This document shows positions 13,101 through 26,217 of a stretch of 64,000 nt of DNA, piece after piece. The stretch is from Chiloscyllium plagiosum (lineage: Eukaryota), in contig NC_057718.1 in the NCBI RefSeq assembly GCF_004010195.1, positions 32,318,791-32,382,790 of the forward strand. Reading direction: 5' to 3'. A model generated the notes under the pieces. The model worked only from the letters and a program-made list of their open reading frames with translations, ran no database searches and was not told where the DNA came from. Within the stretch, counting starts at the first letter, position 1, and every line of letters starts with the position of its first letter. Made by a program: the position numbers and the translations under genes.

Positions 13101-14549
13101 GCTGATGCCAATTGTCTAATAATTAAGAGTATATTTTATCACAAGTAAATTATTTCTCAATTTGCTTTCAACAGAAAGTGAATGTAAAGATTCTATAATT
13201 GCAGCCCTTCAAGAGGCATTGATAAAATCTGCTGTCATGAAGGAAATTCTTAACTGTTTTGTGCAGTTTCTGAAGGCTTAACATTTTGGGTCCACTGGCA
13301 AAAACATTAACCTCCTGAAGTGGTGTATTGGTGTATTGATGTATGTTCAACATACATCATGAACCCCGTGTCATCCTTCCTGCTGCTGGATGCTTTTCCC
13401 TGAGGGGAAATCTAGTTGTATCATTGTAAATCCTGTAGGCATCAGCTGTTTGATGTTGAGATGAGTTTGATATTAAAATAGTTGTGGAAATCTCCAAAAT
13501 GCAACCTGCTACTCAACACTGCTGGTAAGAATCAGCTCAATTGGAAAATGTGATTGTGCCACGCTACATCATCATCACAAAATATAGTTAAAAACACTTT
13601 TAAAATAGATAATTTTGATAACTCAGAACAAATTAACCATTTGACATTATTAAGATTAATGCATTACTGGGCAGGAAGGATCAGTCATTGAATGAATCTA
13701 TGTCCAAAAGTCTAACAGTCATCCATTTTTTCAATAACAGGCTTGTTTATATGCGTTTTAAATCATTTAAAAATTTGGTTGGTAGAAATCAGTTTATTCA
13801 GCTCTTCAGTACTTACATACAATTGTCCAATTAATATATGAGAATACTTCTTAAGAGAAAAGAGTTTGTGTTATTGTTGACAGAGAATTGAGAAATCCAG
13901 AGAGACTAGTTAGCAAAGATTGCTTTGGCAGACACATTTCACATTTTTTGCTTTTGGCTTTGTACATACAACAGATGTTGGAAATTGACCCTAAATCTGA
14001 GATGTTGACCAATGTCAGTAAAACATTTATTCTGTAGCATTATAAATGAACTGATGTAGCAGCAGATCTCTGTCTTTACACTTTGGCTACCATTGTGTCA
14101 TTGCACCAATGGGAACATTGGATGTAATTACAGCCTGTGCAGAATGTTGTACACAATCGTTCAGTTTCAACAAGCGCACAAACAAACACATAGATTGTTT
14201 GACTCTCATCTTGCTCAGGGTGTGTAACGTTTGATGGATTTTTAAACATTTTGGGAATATTGAACAAAAGTGTATTTTTATATGTGTACAGTACTACACT
14301 TCTATTTAACAAATTTTAATAATGAAGGAATACTGTCAAGAAAATAACATGAGGTTGAAAAATAGTACATAGTGAATCAGGTATGAATAATCATCACTAA
14401 GCTAAGTATAATAGTGTTAGAATATCAAAAATGCAACTTGGGCTGCATTAACCCATTCATAAGATTAGCTCCTTCAAGTAATCTAGAAAATGCCAATTTT
14501 CAGAGTGCAAACCTTCTGCTTGTGAATGGACCAAATTCCATTAGACATA

Positions 14550-15501
14550 CCATATGTACTCATATAAAAATCGATCTCATGTAAACGTCAACCCCTTATT
14601 TTTGGCTAAAAAATCTTGTATTTTCCAGACATCTCATATAAAATTTGACTCTACCATATCACATTATAAACCTCTTACAAAGGAAACTGCATGTTACCAT
14701 TAACCCATTTAAATGAAATTGCATTCATTCATTCATACTGGTAACTCTACTCACCGCTCTTTGTTTACTACATTGCATCTCTGTTCATTCATTCATTCAT
14801 TCATTCATTCATAACTCTCCTTTGGCCACTTAGTTGACTATAGCACGTTTTGATTCATTTTACTCATTCATTCAGACCGGTACTAAGAGTATTGGTACTT
14901 ATCATGTTTTGTTCAACATACATCCAAAAGATAATATCGTTAAAACATTAATCATTTTAATTGTGCCATTGTATCTGAATAAAAGTGAGATATATTAGCT
15001 GCAAATATCTTTAACTCTTTGACAAATTTGTTAATGTTGCTAATGTTCATTGCATATGAGAGTAAATGGGAGGGAAGTAGAAGAATTTGGCGGGAAAGTT
15101 CAAGATGCTTACATATCCAGAATTTAATAAACGTTTAGTTTTAAGTGTGCCATTATACCAAGCCATGAGGATGTTGAATAGTGTGATTTTGCAGGATTTC
15201 AATGATTCTTTGATATGTTAAATTTTCGTACCGGTATGTATAAATAAACTTTCCTACCAGCAACTCATTCTTGTTTCTCTCGCTTTTATCTGGTAATTAT
15301 CTTTACCCTAATTCACTGTGTCTGTCTTCTTTACCCGGGATTATTTGAACGATCAAATCAACTTCTGCTAATAATATGGTATTTCAAATATGCAGCATGC
15401 ATTTCAGCCCCTCAAAACTAGTGCCTGTGTATTAGTCGCCCCTATAAATTTAACCTTTAAAAATAGACTTAAAAATTTGACTTTTCCATGAGTATATATG
15501 G
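14550..15501. mobile_element. Non-autonomous Tc1/mariner (pogo/Tigger-like) DNA transposon
   Basis: Left end TA|ccatatgtactcatataaaaatcga versus reverse complement of right end TA|ccatatatactcatggaaaagtcaa; TA target duplication; no transposase ORF. Confidence 0.75.
14785..14812. repeat. (TTCA)n microsatellite
   Basis: ttcattcattcattcattcattcattca. Confidence 0.95.
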
Positions 15502-15752
15502 TATCTCTGGAAATGTCTGGATGCAGTTTTGCCGACAGAATAATAATAATGCTGATTAATTTTAGATGTTAAAAGGAAAAAGACAGAAGAGAGATCAGGT
15601 ATCTCAGAACCTTTACTGACAATTTCAGTTGGTGGATTTAAGCTTGTTTTTGGTTTTATCTTGTTGCACTTCTACTTTCTCACCTTGATTAGTATTCGAT
15701 GAAGTTTAAATCTGACACTGAATTAAAATATTTCGTTTATTTGAACTTGCAG

Positions 15753-15838
15753 TCTGTACCTGTGTAGTGCATAAGCGATGTCACGAACTTATCATAACCA
15801 AGTGTGCTGGTTTGAAGAAGCAAGAAGCACAGGATGAG
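15753..15838 (+). CDS. PRKCE: PKC epsilon coding exon (exon 5 equivalent): end of C1a and actin-binding linker
   Basis: Acceptor acttgcag|, donor |gtatat, 86 nt. Encodes (V)[28 protein letters not shown]. Confidence 0.97.
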
Positions 15839-15865
15839 GTATATATTTTGAATTCTGCAATTACG

Positions 15866-16700
15866 TAGAAATGTAGAGTATAGGAGCTGGAGGAGACCAC
15901 TCATGCGGTTGAGCCTGCTCCGCTATTCAATATGATCATCTGACTCAGTATCCTGTTCCTCCTTTCTAAAAACGGATGTTTTCAGTCCTAAGAACAATAT
16001 CCAAATCTTTTTTGAAATTATTCAGTTACCTGTGGCAGAGAATGCACCACTCTCTGAGTGGAGAAATTCTTCCCCTTATCTCTCTCCTAAAAAGCTAACT
16101 ACGCCTTGACCTTGGACTTTGAACCCAGGTTCTGGACTCCCCAGTCATTGAGAACTACCTTTCCTGCATCTACCTGACCCATCCTAGTTAGACGTTTATA
16201 TGTTTTGGTGAGATCGCCCCTCCCCCCATTCTTCTAAACTCTAGGCAATATCGTCCTAACTAATTCAGTTTCCCTGATTCTACCATCTCAGGAATTAATC
16301 TTCTTTGTGCTCCCCCAATAGTCAGAGCATCCTTCCTCAGATAAGGAGATTAAACTGCACACAATACTCCCACGTGTCATCTTACCTCACACAGTTTCAG
16401 CAAGATATCCCTGCTCCTGTACTTGAATCCTCTCACTATGAAAGTCAACATACCATTTGCTTTCTTCACCACCTGTTGCACCTGCTGAATTACTTTTAGT
16501 GTTTGGTGAATGAAGATACCCAGATCTCATTGCACTTCCCCATTTCCCAAGCTATCATGATTCTGATAATAATATTCCTGCCTGTTTTTGCGACCAATGT
16601 GGATAGCCTCACATTTATCTATGTTATGCTGCAATCTCCATGCATTTGATCGCTAACATAATTTGGCCATTATGGCCAATTTGGGCACACTGAACATTGT
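15866..16700 (-). mobile_element. CR1 LINE 3' fragment (older)
   Basis: aactgcacacaatactcc (reverse of LEYCVQF) and a CR1 3' UTR beginning just after the exon donor. Confidence 0.75.
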
Positions 16701-16749
16701 CTCCTAGTGAGCTCTCATCCTTCTTAACCACTCTGTGGCCTTTGGCACA

Positions 16750-17930
16750 ATTGAACATGCAATCCTTCTCCAGCACCTTGAAACCATCTTCCAGTTGGGT
16801 GGATCGGCTTTGTAATTTTGCTACCTTTATACCATACTCTGAAAAAGATCTGTAGTGGATTCTATTTCTCCTCCAACGCCGTTGCCTCTGCTGTCTCCCA
16901 AGAATCTCTTTTAGACTTGTTTTCTCTTTCCCATCTACATGCTACACCATCGGTGACATCATTTGACAGCAGGTTGATTTCCTCATGCATGGTGAGACAC
17001 GCTCTCTCTCACAGCACCAACTCTCCCCTCACTGCACTGAACTCATCCAGCTGCTTTTCTGACATCCAGTACAGGATTAGTATAAGTTTTCAACAACTAA
17101 ATATTTGGGGAGATTGAAACAACTGTCCTTGCTCCCTGCCAAAAGCACTATTCCCAAGAGGACTCCAGCCCTCTTTCTGAAAACTGGATTGAGGCAGAAC
17201 CAGATTGTCTACAACCTTGGTGTCATATTCAACCACGAGTTGACATTATAACCACATATCGACACCATTGTGATGCCTATTTCCACCTTTTCAATGTTGC
17301 CTAATTTCACCTCTCTCCCAGCTCACCTGCTGCTGAGACTCTCATCCATGCCTTTGTTTCCTCTGCCATTAACTGATAAAATACCCGCCTGATTGGGTTG
17401 ACTATTTTCTATTCTTTGTAAATTCGATGTAAAGCAAAACTTAGTAGGTGTTCTAACTCACGCCTATTAATCTGTCATTCCTATGTCCCTGCCTTGCATT
17501 GGCTTCTGGCTAAGCACTCCTTCAATCTTTAAATTCTCCTCCTTCTTTTCAAATTGTTCCATGGCATATGCTCTCCTATTTCTGTAATCTCCTCTCGCCA
17601 CGTAATATTTCTAGATATATCTGCTCCTTTAATTCAGGTGCCTTGACCATCCCCAATTCTGATCAGACTACATTTTTTTAGCCATACCTTCAGATGTTTG
17701 TGAGCTAAGTACAGAAATTTCCTCCAAAAACCTCTCTGTTATCCTTCCTCTCTTTGTTTCCATGTGGTGCACCTTAAACATTACCTCTTTGATTGAGCTT
17801 TTGGTCATTAATCCTTATATATATCATTATGTGGCTCAGTGTTGTATTTTGTTTACTAATGCTCCTTGAAAACACTTGGGGATGTTTTATCACATTAAAT
17901 ACACCATATAAATAAATATTGTTGTTGTAA
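16750..17930 (+). mobile_element. L2-clade LINE 3' fragment
   Basis: acaaccttggtgtcatattc (NLGVIF) and gctgagactctcatccatgcctttgtt (AETLIHAFV); tail aaataaatattgttgttgt. Confidence 0.75.
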
Positions 17931-18268
17931 CTAGGTCAGTTGGACAACAGCCACATTTTTGAGAGGTTGGGAACAAGAGGAATAGAGTTTTGTTACATTG
18001 TCAACAGCATGATGACATTATTGGCTGAGCAGCCATGTTGGTCTCACTAATTTGCTTTGCCCTTGTGATATAATAAATGATAGAACAAAAATAGCTGAGC
18101 AATAAACCTATTGATGCTACATGAAATTCCAGCCAAGTTAACTAAAGGTACATCAGAGTGTATCCTTACGTCAGGTGCTCTTGTCCTACATGTCATTAAT
18201 TTCTGTGAAGCACAATTCTGTTATAGCCCAGTGCTTCCCATGTCTGTTTTTTTTGTACAAGTGTCTGA

Positions 18269-18532
<264 letters not shown>

Positions 18533-18599
18533 TAATGATATTTTAATGTTATAACATTTTAACCAATGATATCGGCTGATGGAAGAAGAGGTCAATGAA

Positions 18600-18880
18600 C
18601 CTGTAGAAAGGAGGGTTTAATTTATATAGAGCCTTTCACAGACCAAACGCACAATGTTCTTTTCACTTCTGAAGTGTAGCCACAGTGGTACAGTAGAAGT
18701 ATGCAAACCAAATTCCCACAGCAGGTTCCATTGAGCAGCGGTATGCAAATGGCCAGGTATAGTGTTTTTGTGATGTTGGCCAGGCTACTGGGGAGAACTC
18801 CCTTCAATTTCTTTGCAGTAGTGCCATGCAATCTTTTATGATTACCCGAGAGTTGGGACTTCGGTTAACCAAAAAGGCAG
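18600..18880 (-). mobile_element. Deu-domain SINE (SacSINE1-like), decayed
   Basis: Recalled similarity of gtgatgttggccagg...ggggagaactccc...tagtgccatg..atctttta to the reverse of the shark DeuSINE core; not checked by alignment. Confidence 0.55.
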
Positions 18881-19404
18881 ATCTGTACTTTCATTATGTC
18901 TTACTTTCAGAGCTTCATGATGAATAGTATTTCTTGTGTCCTCTGGGGATGTCAAATGGGATTTAAAAGCATAAAAAAACTTCAAGCCCATCAGTGCAAG
19001 AACTCACTGTCCTTCCCCAGAACTGGCCACTAATTCATAATTCTGGTGGAAAACAAAGATAGACCTCAAGTTATTTTCAACCCTTTTTCAACAGTCTCTT
19101 TAAAACATCTTTTCCACTCACCTCTAACACCTCCAATAAGAAGTCTTTACCAGGAAGGTTAAGATCACCATTTCAGCTGTCTCTGCTCGGCCTCCCTCCT
19201 TGAGCTTTCTTTGCCTGGATTCTTGAATCTGCAATATCTTCAATTCCTCTCCTAATTGCTGCCATGGCTTTTCAAATTTTAGATTGCCCAGTAAGCTCTT
19301 TTTTTTTTGGTCCCATTCTCAGAAATTTTTTATTCCCTCAACTTCCCTTCCTGAGTGCTATTTTAGTTGATATTGTGAACACTTTGTTCTCCTTGGGTGC
19401 AGTT

Positions 19405-19650
19405 ATAGAGTCATAGAGATGCACAGCACGGAAACAGACCCCTTGGTCCAACTCATCCACACCAACCAGATATCCCAACCTAATCTAGTCCCATATGCCA
19501 ACACTTGGCCCACATCCCTCTCAACCCTTCCTATTCATGTACCCATTCAGATGCCTTTAAATGCTGTAATTGTACCAGCCTCCATCACTTTCTCTGGCAG
19601 CTCCTTCCATACACGCATCACCCTCTGCATGAAAAAGTTGCCCCTTCGGA
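19405..19650 (-). mobile_element. CR1/HER1 3' end
   Basis: RGNFFMQRVMRVWKELPEKVMEAGTITAFK plus atagagtcatagag tail. Confidence 0.9.
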
Positions 19651-20194
19651 CCTCTCTTTCAAATCTGACATCAGCAAACCCCTTATCAAAAAATTCACCT
19701 TTCGCATCTTGGGGTTTTGCAAATGGCAAGTATCCAATCTCCCCTTCCTTTCTAAAGGTTGTGATTGTGTTATTGTCTCAATTTGTGCATCTTTTTCCTG
19801 CAACTTCATATTTTAAATTTTCCAGTCAGTTTTCTGTCCTGCCACAGCGTTGAAATGGTCCACATAAAAGTCACAAGTGACAGTAACCAGTGTGTATTAT
19901 GTCTGAAATCTTTGACACAGTTGAGTCCCCAAACCTTCCCCAAATACCTCTTCACCATTGTGCACCTCAGTGGGATTGCTGTTCATTAGGTCAACTCACC
20001 CCAGTTGATTGTAGTCTGAGTATCTTTTTAATCACTTTTTCAACATTATCTATAATTTCCCAAAGATAAGTCCTTGTCCCTGATTTAACAGTTGCTTTAA
20101 CCATTCCAGTGCCTCTGAGTTGTTCAACTGCTTGTTGTAGATGAATCTCAATTTCCTTCAGTTAAACATTCTAAGTAATGGTAATGATAAAAGA

Positions 20195-20460
20195 AACAAT
20201 ATTTTGCACATGCTGGGAATGTGAAATAAAAACAGTGATGTTGGATAGATACAGCAGCTCAGGCAACAGCTTCAGACAAAGGAAAAAAGACATTTGGGTC
20301 AAAGACTTTTAATTAGTCTGAAGAAACATAAGAGATACAACAGGTTTAAAGTAAATACACAGCTGGGAAAAGAGGATCTGACGAAAAGCAAGAAAAAAAG
20401 AAGCTCGGGATGGGGTGGGGGGGAGGGAGCGGGGGGTGGTTGACTAAGACAATGGTGCAA
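20195..20460 (-). mobile_element. Penelope-like end, family C-related, decayed, with G-rich tract
   Basis: gcacatgctgggaatgtgaaataaaaacag...cagcagctcaggcaacagc resembles the family C terminus at 39455. Confidence 0.5.
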
Positions 20461-21103
20461 GGCACTAACTGGTGCCACATACTCTGTGGGCCTCATAGTG
20501 AATGTCTGGCTGACCTTTAAGAATGGCTAATCACCTAGATCCCAGCGAGTAATGTCATGCAACTGTAGACAGGAGGGAAAGCTTTGTTCAATTAGCTACT
20601 TTATTTCCTTGTGATAACCTCTTTTTTGAAGATTTTTTTCACTGCCTTTTAAGATTAAGGGTTGGAAGTGAATGTAAACTTCTGACATTGACATAATTAA
20701 TATTATAATGAAATGATTGATTGACAACTTGATGAGAAGGTAAGAGGCTCCGATGTATTTCAGTGTGAATATTGAATAGTTATTTTTGTTTGATGACTTG
20801 AAGCTAGCTTCCACATGGATCATGACTGTTCAGATTAGTATTGAACCATGTTAGCTTGCTGAAGGGACCTGACTTCAATAAAGTTATGAGCCGATGTTTA
20901 AAGTGTTCACCCCCACTGTGTTGAATCTGCAAAGTCTGGAGAGCAGTGTCTGGGCTGGCTCCCAATATCCTTATTTAATGTCAATGATAATTTCTGAAAA
21001 TGGTAATGGGGGCAGGAATCCCAGAATCAGGTCCCACACGCCACTGATAAGTGCCTCCCTGATTGGCCCAATTTGGTGAAAATCAAGGCCCATGTCGTAA
21101 CAC

Positions 21104-22890
21104 CATAAAACCATAAGAAATAGGAACAGGAGTAAACCATTTGATCCCTCAAGCCTGCTCCATCTTTCAGTATGATCATGGCTGATCTGACATTCTTCAT
21201 GTCCACTTTCCCACCCTTTCCCCATAATCCTCAATTTTTCCTAATGATCAAGAATCTATCTACCTCGGCCTTAACTAGATATGGCTCTGCCCCCACAGCT
21301 CTCTACGTCCAGGAATTCCAATGACTCTCAACCCTCTGAGAGAAGAAATTCCTCCTTTTCTCAGTCTTAGGTTGATACGCCTTTATTCAGAGACTAGAAT
21401 TGAAATTAGGTTTTATTGTCACATGTACTCAAGTACAGGGACACATGAGTACAGTGAAAAGTGTACAAAGTTGCCATTTCCTGTGCCATTATGCCCTCTG
21501 GAGCCAGACTGTCCCATGAGGGGAAATATTATCTCAGCATCTACTCTGTTAAGCCCCTTTAAGAAATGCATGTGTTTCAATGAGGTCATTGCTCATTCTT
21601 CTAAACTGGAATCCCAACCTCTTTTATCTTTGTTCATAAGCCATTCCCTCCATATCAGGAATCATCCCAGTGAGCCTTCTGTGAACTGCCTCTAATGATA
21701 TGCTGCCTCTCCTTAAATAAGGGGACCAAAACTGCACATAGTACTCCAGATGTGGTCTTACTAGCACCTTGTATAGTTGCAGTAAGACTTCCCTACTCTT
21801 ATACTTCAACCCCCTTGAAATAAGGGCCAACATTCCATTAACCTTCCTGATAACCTGCTGTATCTGTGTGCTCTCTTTATTTTTCATGTACAAATATCTC
21901 CAGGTCCCTTTGTGATGCAGCTTTCTGTAGTTTTTTTTTCCATTTAAATATTATTCTGTTCTTTCGCCCCCCCCTTTCCAAAATGAACAACTTTGCATTT
22001 TCTCACATTATACTCCATTTGGTAACTTTTTGCCCACTTACTTAACCAATCAGCATCTATCTGAAATGTATTTGTATTCCTCTCACAACCTGCCTTTCCC
22101 CCCATTTCATTGTCACAGGGAAGGTACTGGCCGAGTGGTATTATTCCTCGACTGTTAATCCAGAGACCCAGGAAATGTTCTGGGAATCCCGCAATGGAAG
22201 ATGGTGGAAATTGAATTTTTAAAAATCTAGAATTCAGACTCTAATGGTGACTATGTATTGTTGGAAAAACCCATCTGGCTCACGAATGCCTTTTAGGGAA
22301 GGAAACTGTCCTCCTTCCTGTTCTGGCCTACATGTGACTCCAGACCCATAGCAATGTGGTTGACTCTTAACTGCCCTCTGGGCAATTAGGGATGGGAAAT
22401 AAATGCTGGCCCAGCCAGCGACACCCTCATCCTGTGAACGAATTCAAAAAACTTAAAGTTTGGCGACAGTACATTGACTTCCTTCCTCCAAGTCATTAAT
22501 ATATATTGTTAGTATCTACAGGCCCAGCACTGATTCCTGTCGAACCCCACTGGTCACGGGTCACCATCTGAAAAAGAACCCCTTAACTCCACTCGCTGTT
22601 TCCTGCCCATTAGCCAATTCCCTATTCATGCCGACATACTACCTCCAACGCTGTGGGTTCTTCTCTTATGACTTAATCTTTTGTGAAGTACCTTGCCCAA
22701 TGCCTTCTAGAAGTTAAAATACAATACATCTACTGGTTCCCCTCAATCCACCCTAGTAGAGAGCTCCTCAGAAATCTCTAATAAATTAGTCAGACATGAC
22801 TTCCCTTTCATGAAGCCATGCTGACCCTGCTTGATTAGATTATGATTTTCTAAATGTTCTGCTATTACTTCCTTAATAATTGATCTTGTT
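21104..22890 (-). mobile_element. CR1 LINE fragment carrying two insertions
   Basis: QQVIRKVNGMLALISRGLKYKSREVLLQLYKVLVRPHLEYYVQFWSPYLR; interrupted at ~21396-21480 and 22118-22455. Confidence 0.9.
22118..22455 (+). mobile_element. Second tRNA-derived SINE family
   Basis: A-box-like tggccgagtggt head, 3' gggcaattagggatgggaaataaatgctggcc and A-rich end; homologous copy at 58460-58765. Confidence 0.7.
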
Positions 22891-25152
22891 CACTGCAATT
22901 TCATCCTCACCCAGCCATTGCTGTTAGCTGAAAAAGACTTGTAATCTTGGTACCTGACTCATGCTGAGTTGAAATGCTGACTCTATATATTCTCCTTCAC
23001 CACATATCGACCACCTTGACTTCCATAATGTTGTCTGCCTGTCCTCCTACCTCAAACCGCAGTAGTCCTTTGTTACTTGCAAATTTAACTCTTCCAACGT
23101 TCTTCCACATGGCCTCTTATTATCCACCCTCTGTAAACATTAGCACATGCTAAATGCTTCTGGCCATATCCTGAACTACAGCAGGTCCAGCTCAAACATT
23201 ACTCCTGCAAACATGACCTACACTTTCTCTCAACACATCCAATGCAATCAATTTAAAATCTCAGTCGTGATGTTTATATCCCTACACACTCTTGCTGCTC
23301 CCTACCGTTAACCCCCTCTAGTCTACTATCCCATTTTCTCTATACCTCGGATTCTCTCTTTCTTTGCGAGCAACCCCCATCCCACTTCCCTCAACACAGC
23401 CATATAAATATAAACATGAAATCGATGTTGTAAACCGCAAACATTTGAAAACATTAGAAGATACCGTAGTTTTCTGCATTGGTGCAAAAGCTTGTTTTCC
23501 TGCAGGTGGCAGTGTATGACACCATTAACATGCCTAGTGAATGGTTTCCTTTTGGAGAGAAAGATGCCTCAGAATTAACCTGTTTACAGATTTGAACGCA
23601 GAACCAGAATTGAATGCAGTTTTCCAAAAGTGATTAGGCAATAATATCATTAAGCCGTTACATCTCTCTGATTAAGGCCCCTTGATTCTGTCAGATTACG
23701 AGAATCTGGAATTCACAACCGTACTCAGTGATTAAGCATTTTCATCCCTCTGGGGTCAAGAAATTTAAAAATTCACATGAACTTTGTCCTCAGACGCTGA
23801 TCCCTTATCCCACACATTAATTCCAGAAAGGGAAAATAATCAATTCTATCCAGTGTTCTCAGAACCTTATTTCTTTTGAAGAGATCACTTCTCTGAATTT
23901 CAGACAGTATAGCTGCATTGTAGTGGCCTCCCATGATAATTCTGTCATCCCAGGAATCAGTTGAGTGAACCCACATTGTAGCCCCTTTAAGGTAAATCTA
24001 ACCTTAAGCATGGAGACCAAAATGTTATGTGTTGTACTGTATTTTGGATATGGTGTCATAATTGTTATTATTAGATTGTGGGAAAACTGTCACATTGGTT
24101 GCTGTGGTAGCTGAAAAAGCTTTGTAAGTTTTTAAATCCATCATCAGTTCTCCTGGGGAACAAGGGTAATACCTTTGAGAGAGAACCAGAAAGAAATAAA
24201 ACTGAAAGTAAAAATTAGACTCCCCTGGTGATTGTAAAACTAGTAGAACATCCAAATATCACGGTGTAAAACTAATTTAGTTAATGCTTCGGTCAGACTG
24301 GTCCTTTTGGCAGTTCCCCCTGACAGGGCTCAAATAGGTTCCTTCCTCATTTCCAATCCATCCTTCGTTACAGTTTATAATGGTGCTGTAACCCAGTGCC
24401 ACACTGTGTTTATCCATATATGTAATGTAACAGTTAACTTTGCCAGTATGACATATCTCAGAAATTCTACAAAATTCCCCTTGAATATGCTGTCACTGCT
24501 GATATATTTACAAGTTAAGAACTCGAGGAGTATTGATAAAATAATTACCCTGAACCACATACACCTTCTGCCACTGGATTTGTCATTGATCAAAGCAGTT
24601 TTAGAAATTATATCACACCTTAGAGATGAAAGAATCCAGGGGTTTTATTCCTCATCAACTTTGTGACTTGCTTTGCCACATTTCTGCATTAAATCTTTTG
24701 TTAAATAGCACAGCAATATGGAGAATTTAAGATTCCATCTAATGCTGACTTTGAGTGTTACATTTATTTTCCAATGAATAGTTGTAATTTTTCACATAAG
24801 GTTTGACCTTGGTAATTCAAGTTTTCCATCTGCTATTAACTTCAAACATTAATCTATTTTTCTATTAATAATATTAGTAAAACAAATAATACGTTAGTTA
24901 TATGTATATTTATCTGTATAGATCTAATAAGCATAACATAAGCCCAAACTGATTCCTCAAAGAAATGGTGCCTATTTGTCTCATCCAAAGAGTTTTGTTC
25001 AGCTCCTGGGGGAGGAGTTAGTCCCATCACACTCCAAACACAAACTGTAACGCGAGGAGACCACGCACCCTGTAAGATGCAGACCTCATGTCAGGTTTGG
25101 TGTGGCTACAAGGTTCAGGCTTGGTTTATAATAGGATAGTAACTGAGTCTAA

Positions 25153-25269
25153 GCTGAAACTTTATTGCTGGAACAGCACAGCAGGTCAGGCAGCATCTAG
25201 GGAACAGAAGATTCGACGTTTCGGGCACATGCCCTTCTTCCAGCGTCTGCAGACCTCACTTTCTCCTCC
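25153..25269 (+). mobile_element. Penelope-like end, family B, minimal insertion
   Basis: Perfect 16-bp TSD tagtaactgagtctaa at 25137-25152 and 25270-25285. Confidence 0.85.
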
Positions 25270-25589
25270 TAGTAACTGAGTCTAACCAAGACAATTACAC
25301 GGGATTGTTACTCACATTAAGGTGTTCAGAAAAGACTCACAAAGCTAAATAAGTGAGATTGTTTATCTTTTAAATTTGCTGAGGTGTGCTATAACTGATG
25401 GGTACAAAAATGTCACTCATGGTGAAAATATTGTGATAACGTTACTTGCATGTGGCATCACCAATGAATAGCAAACCTGGCTGTTTTACAATTAAGGTAG
25501 CAATCTTAAATTGAAAGACAACCATGTCTATCATAAAGCTTGGCACAGTGTGCAAATCTCATTACCTGTCTAACTTTCCCTTTTTTAAG

Positions 25590-25745
25590 ATGCCCCTTAA
25601 AAACTACCTCTTTGACAAAGCTTTTAGTCACCTGTTCTGGCAATTCCTTATTGTCTTGATGTCTAATTTATTTCGTTAAATACCTTGGAACATTTTACTG
25701 CAGTAAAGATGTTTTGTAAATGCGAGTTATTGTGTTACTGTTGCA
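25590..25745 (+). mobile_element. L2 3' end fragment
   Basis: cttaaaaactacctctttgacaaagcttttagtca...aaatgcgagttattgtg matches the L2 end at 17770-17930. Confidence 0.6.
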
Positions 25746-25909
25746 AAGACCTGGATATTTCAGAAAGCAAGTAAAACTAGTACATCAGGTGATTTTAGTA
25801 CCATTGAAGCCATTCAGTACAATAATGACTGATCATTTGCCTTAACTCCACTTTCTTGCCTATTCCTCATGGTGGACCGCTGACAAAAGCCCTGTGCTGT
25901 CCCTTTGGT

Positions 25910-26217
25910 GGGCGGCACGGTGGCACAGTGGTTAGCACTGCTGCCTCACAGCGCCAGAGACCCGGGTTCAATTCCCGCCTCAGGCGACTGACTGTGTGGA
26001 GTTTGCACGTTCTCCCCGTGTCTGCGTGGGTTTCCTCTGGGTGCTCCGGTTTCCTCCCACAGTCCAAAGATGTGCAGGGTCAGGTGAATTGGCCATGCTA
26101 AATTGCCCATAGTGTTAGGTAAGGGGTAAATGTAGGGGTATGGGTGGGTTTCGCTTCGGCGGGTCGGCGTGGACTTGTTGGGCTGAAGGGCCTGTTTCCA
26201 CACTGTAATCTAATCTT
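25910..26217 (+). mobile_element. HE1-like V-SINE, young full-length copy
   Basis: Pol III A box tggcacagtgg and B box gggttcaattccc; V-domain; CpGs retained; taatctaatct tail. Confidence 0.93.

Noticed and set aside
20405..20442. G-quadruplex-forming tract as a regulatory element
   Set aside because: It lies within the purine-rich part of a decayed PLE end, with no independent support for function.
25910..25985. tRNA gene
   Set aside because: The A and B boxes belong to the SINE head; it continues into the SINE body and has many decayed paralogues here.
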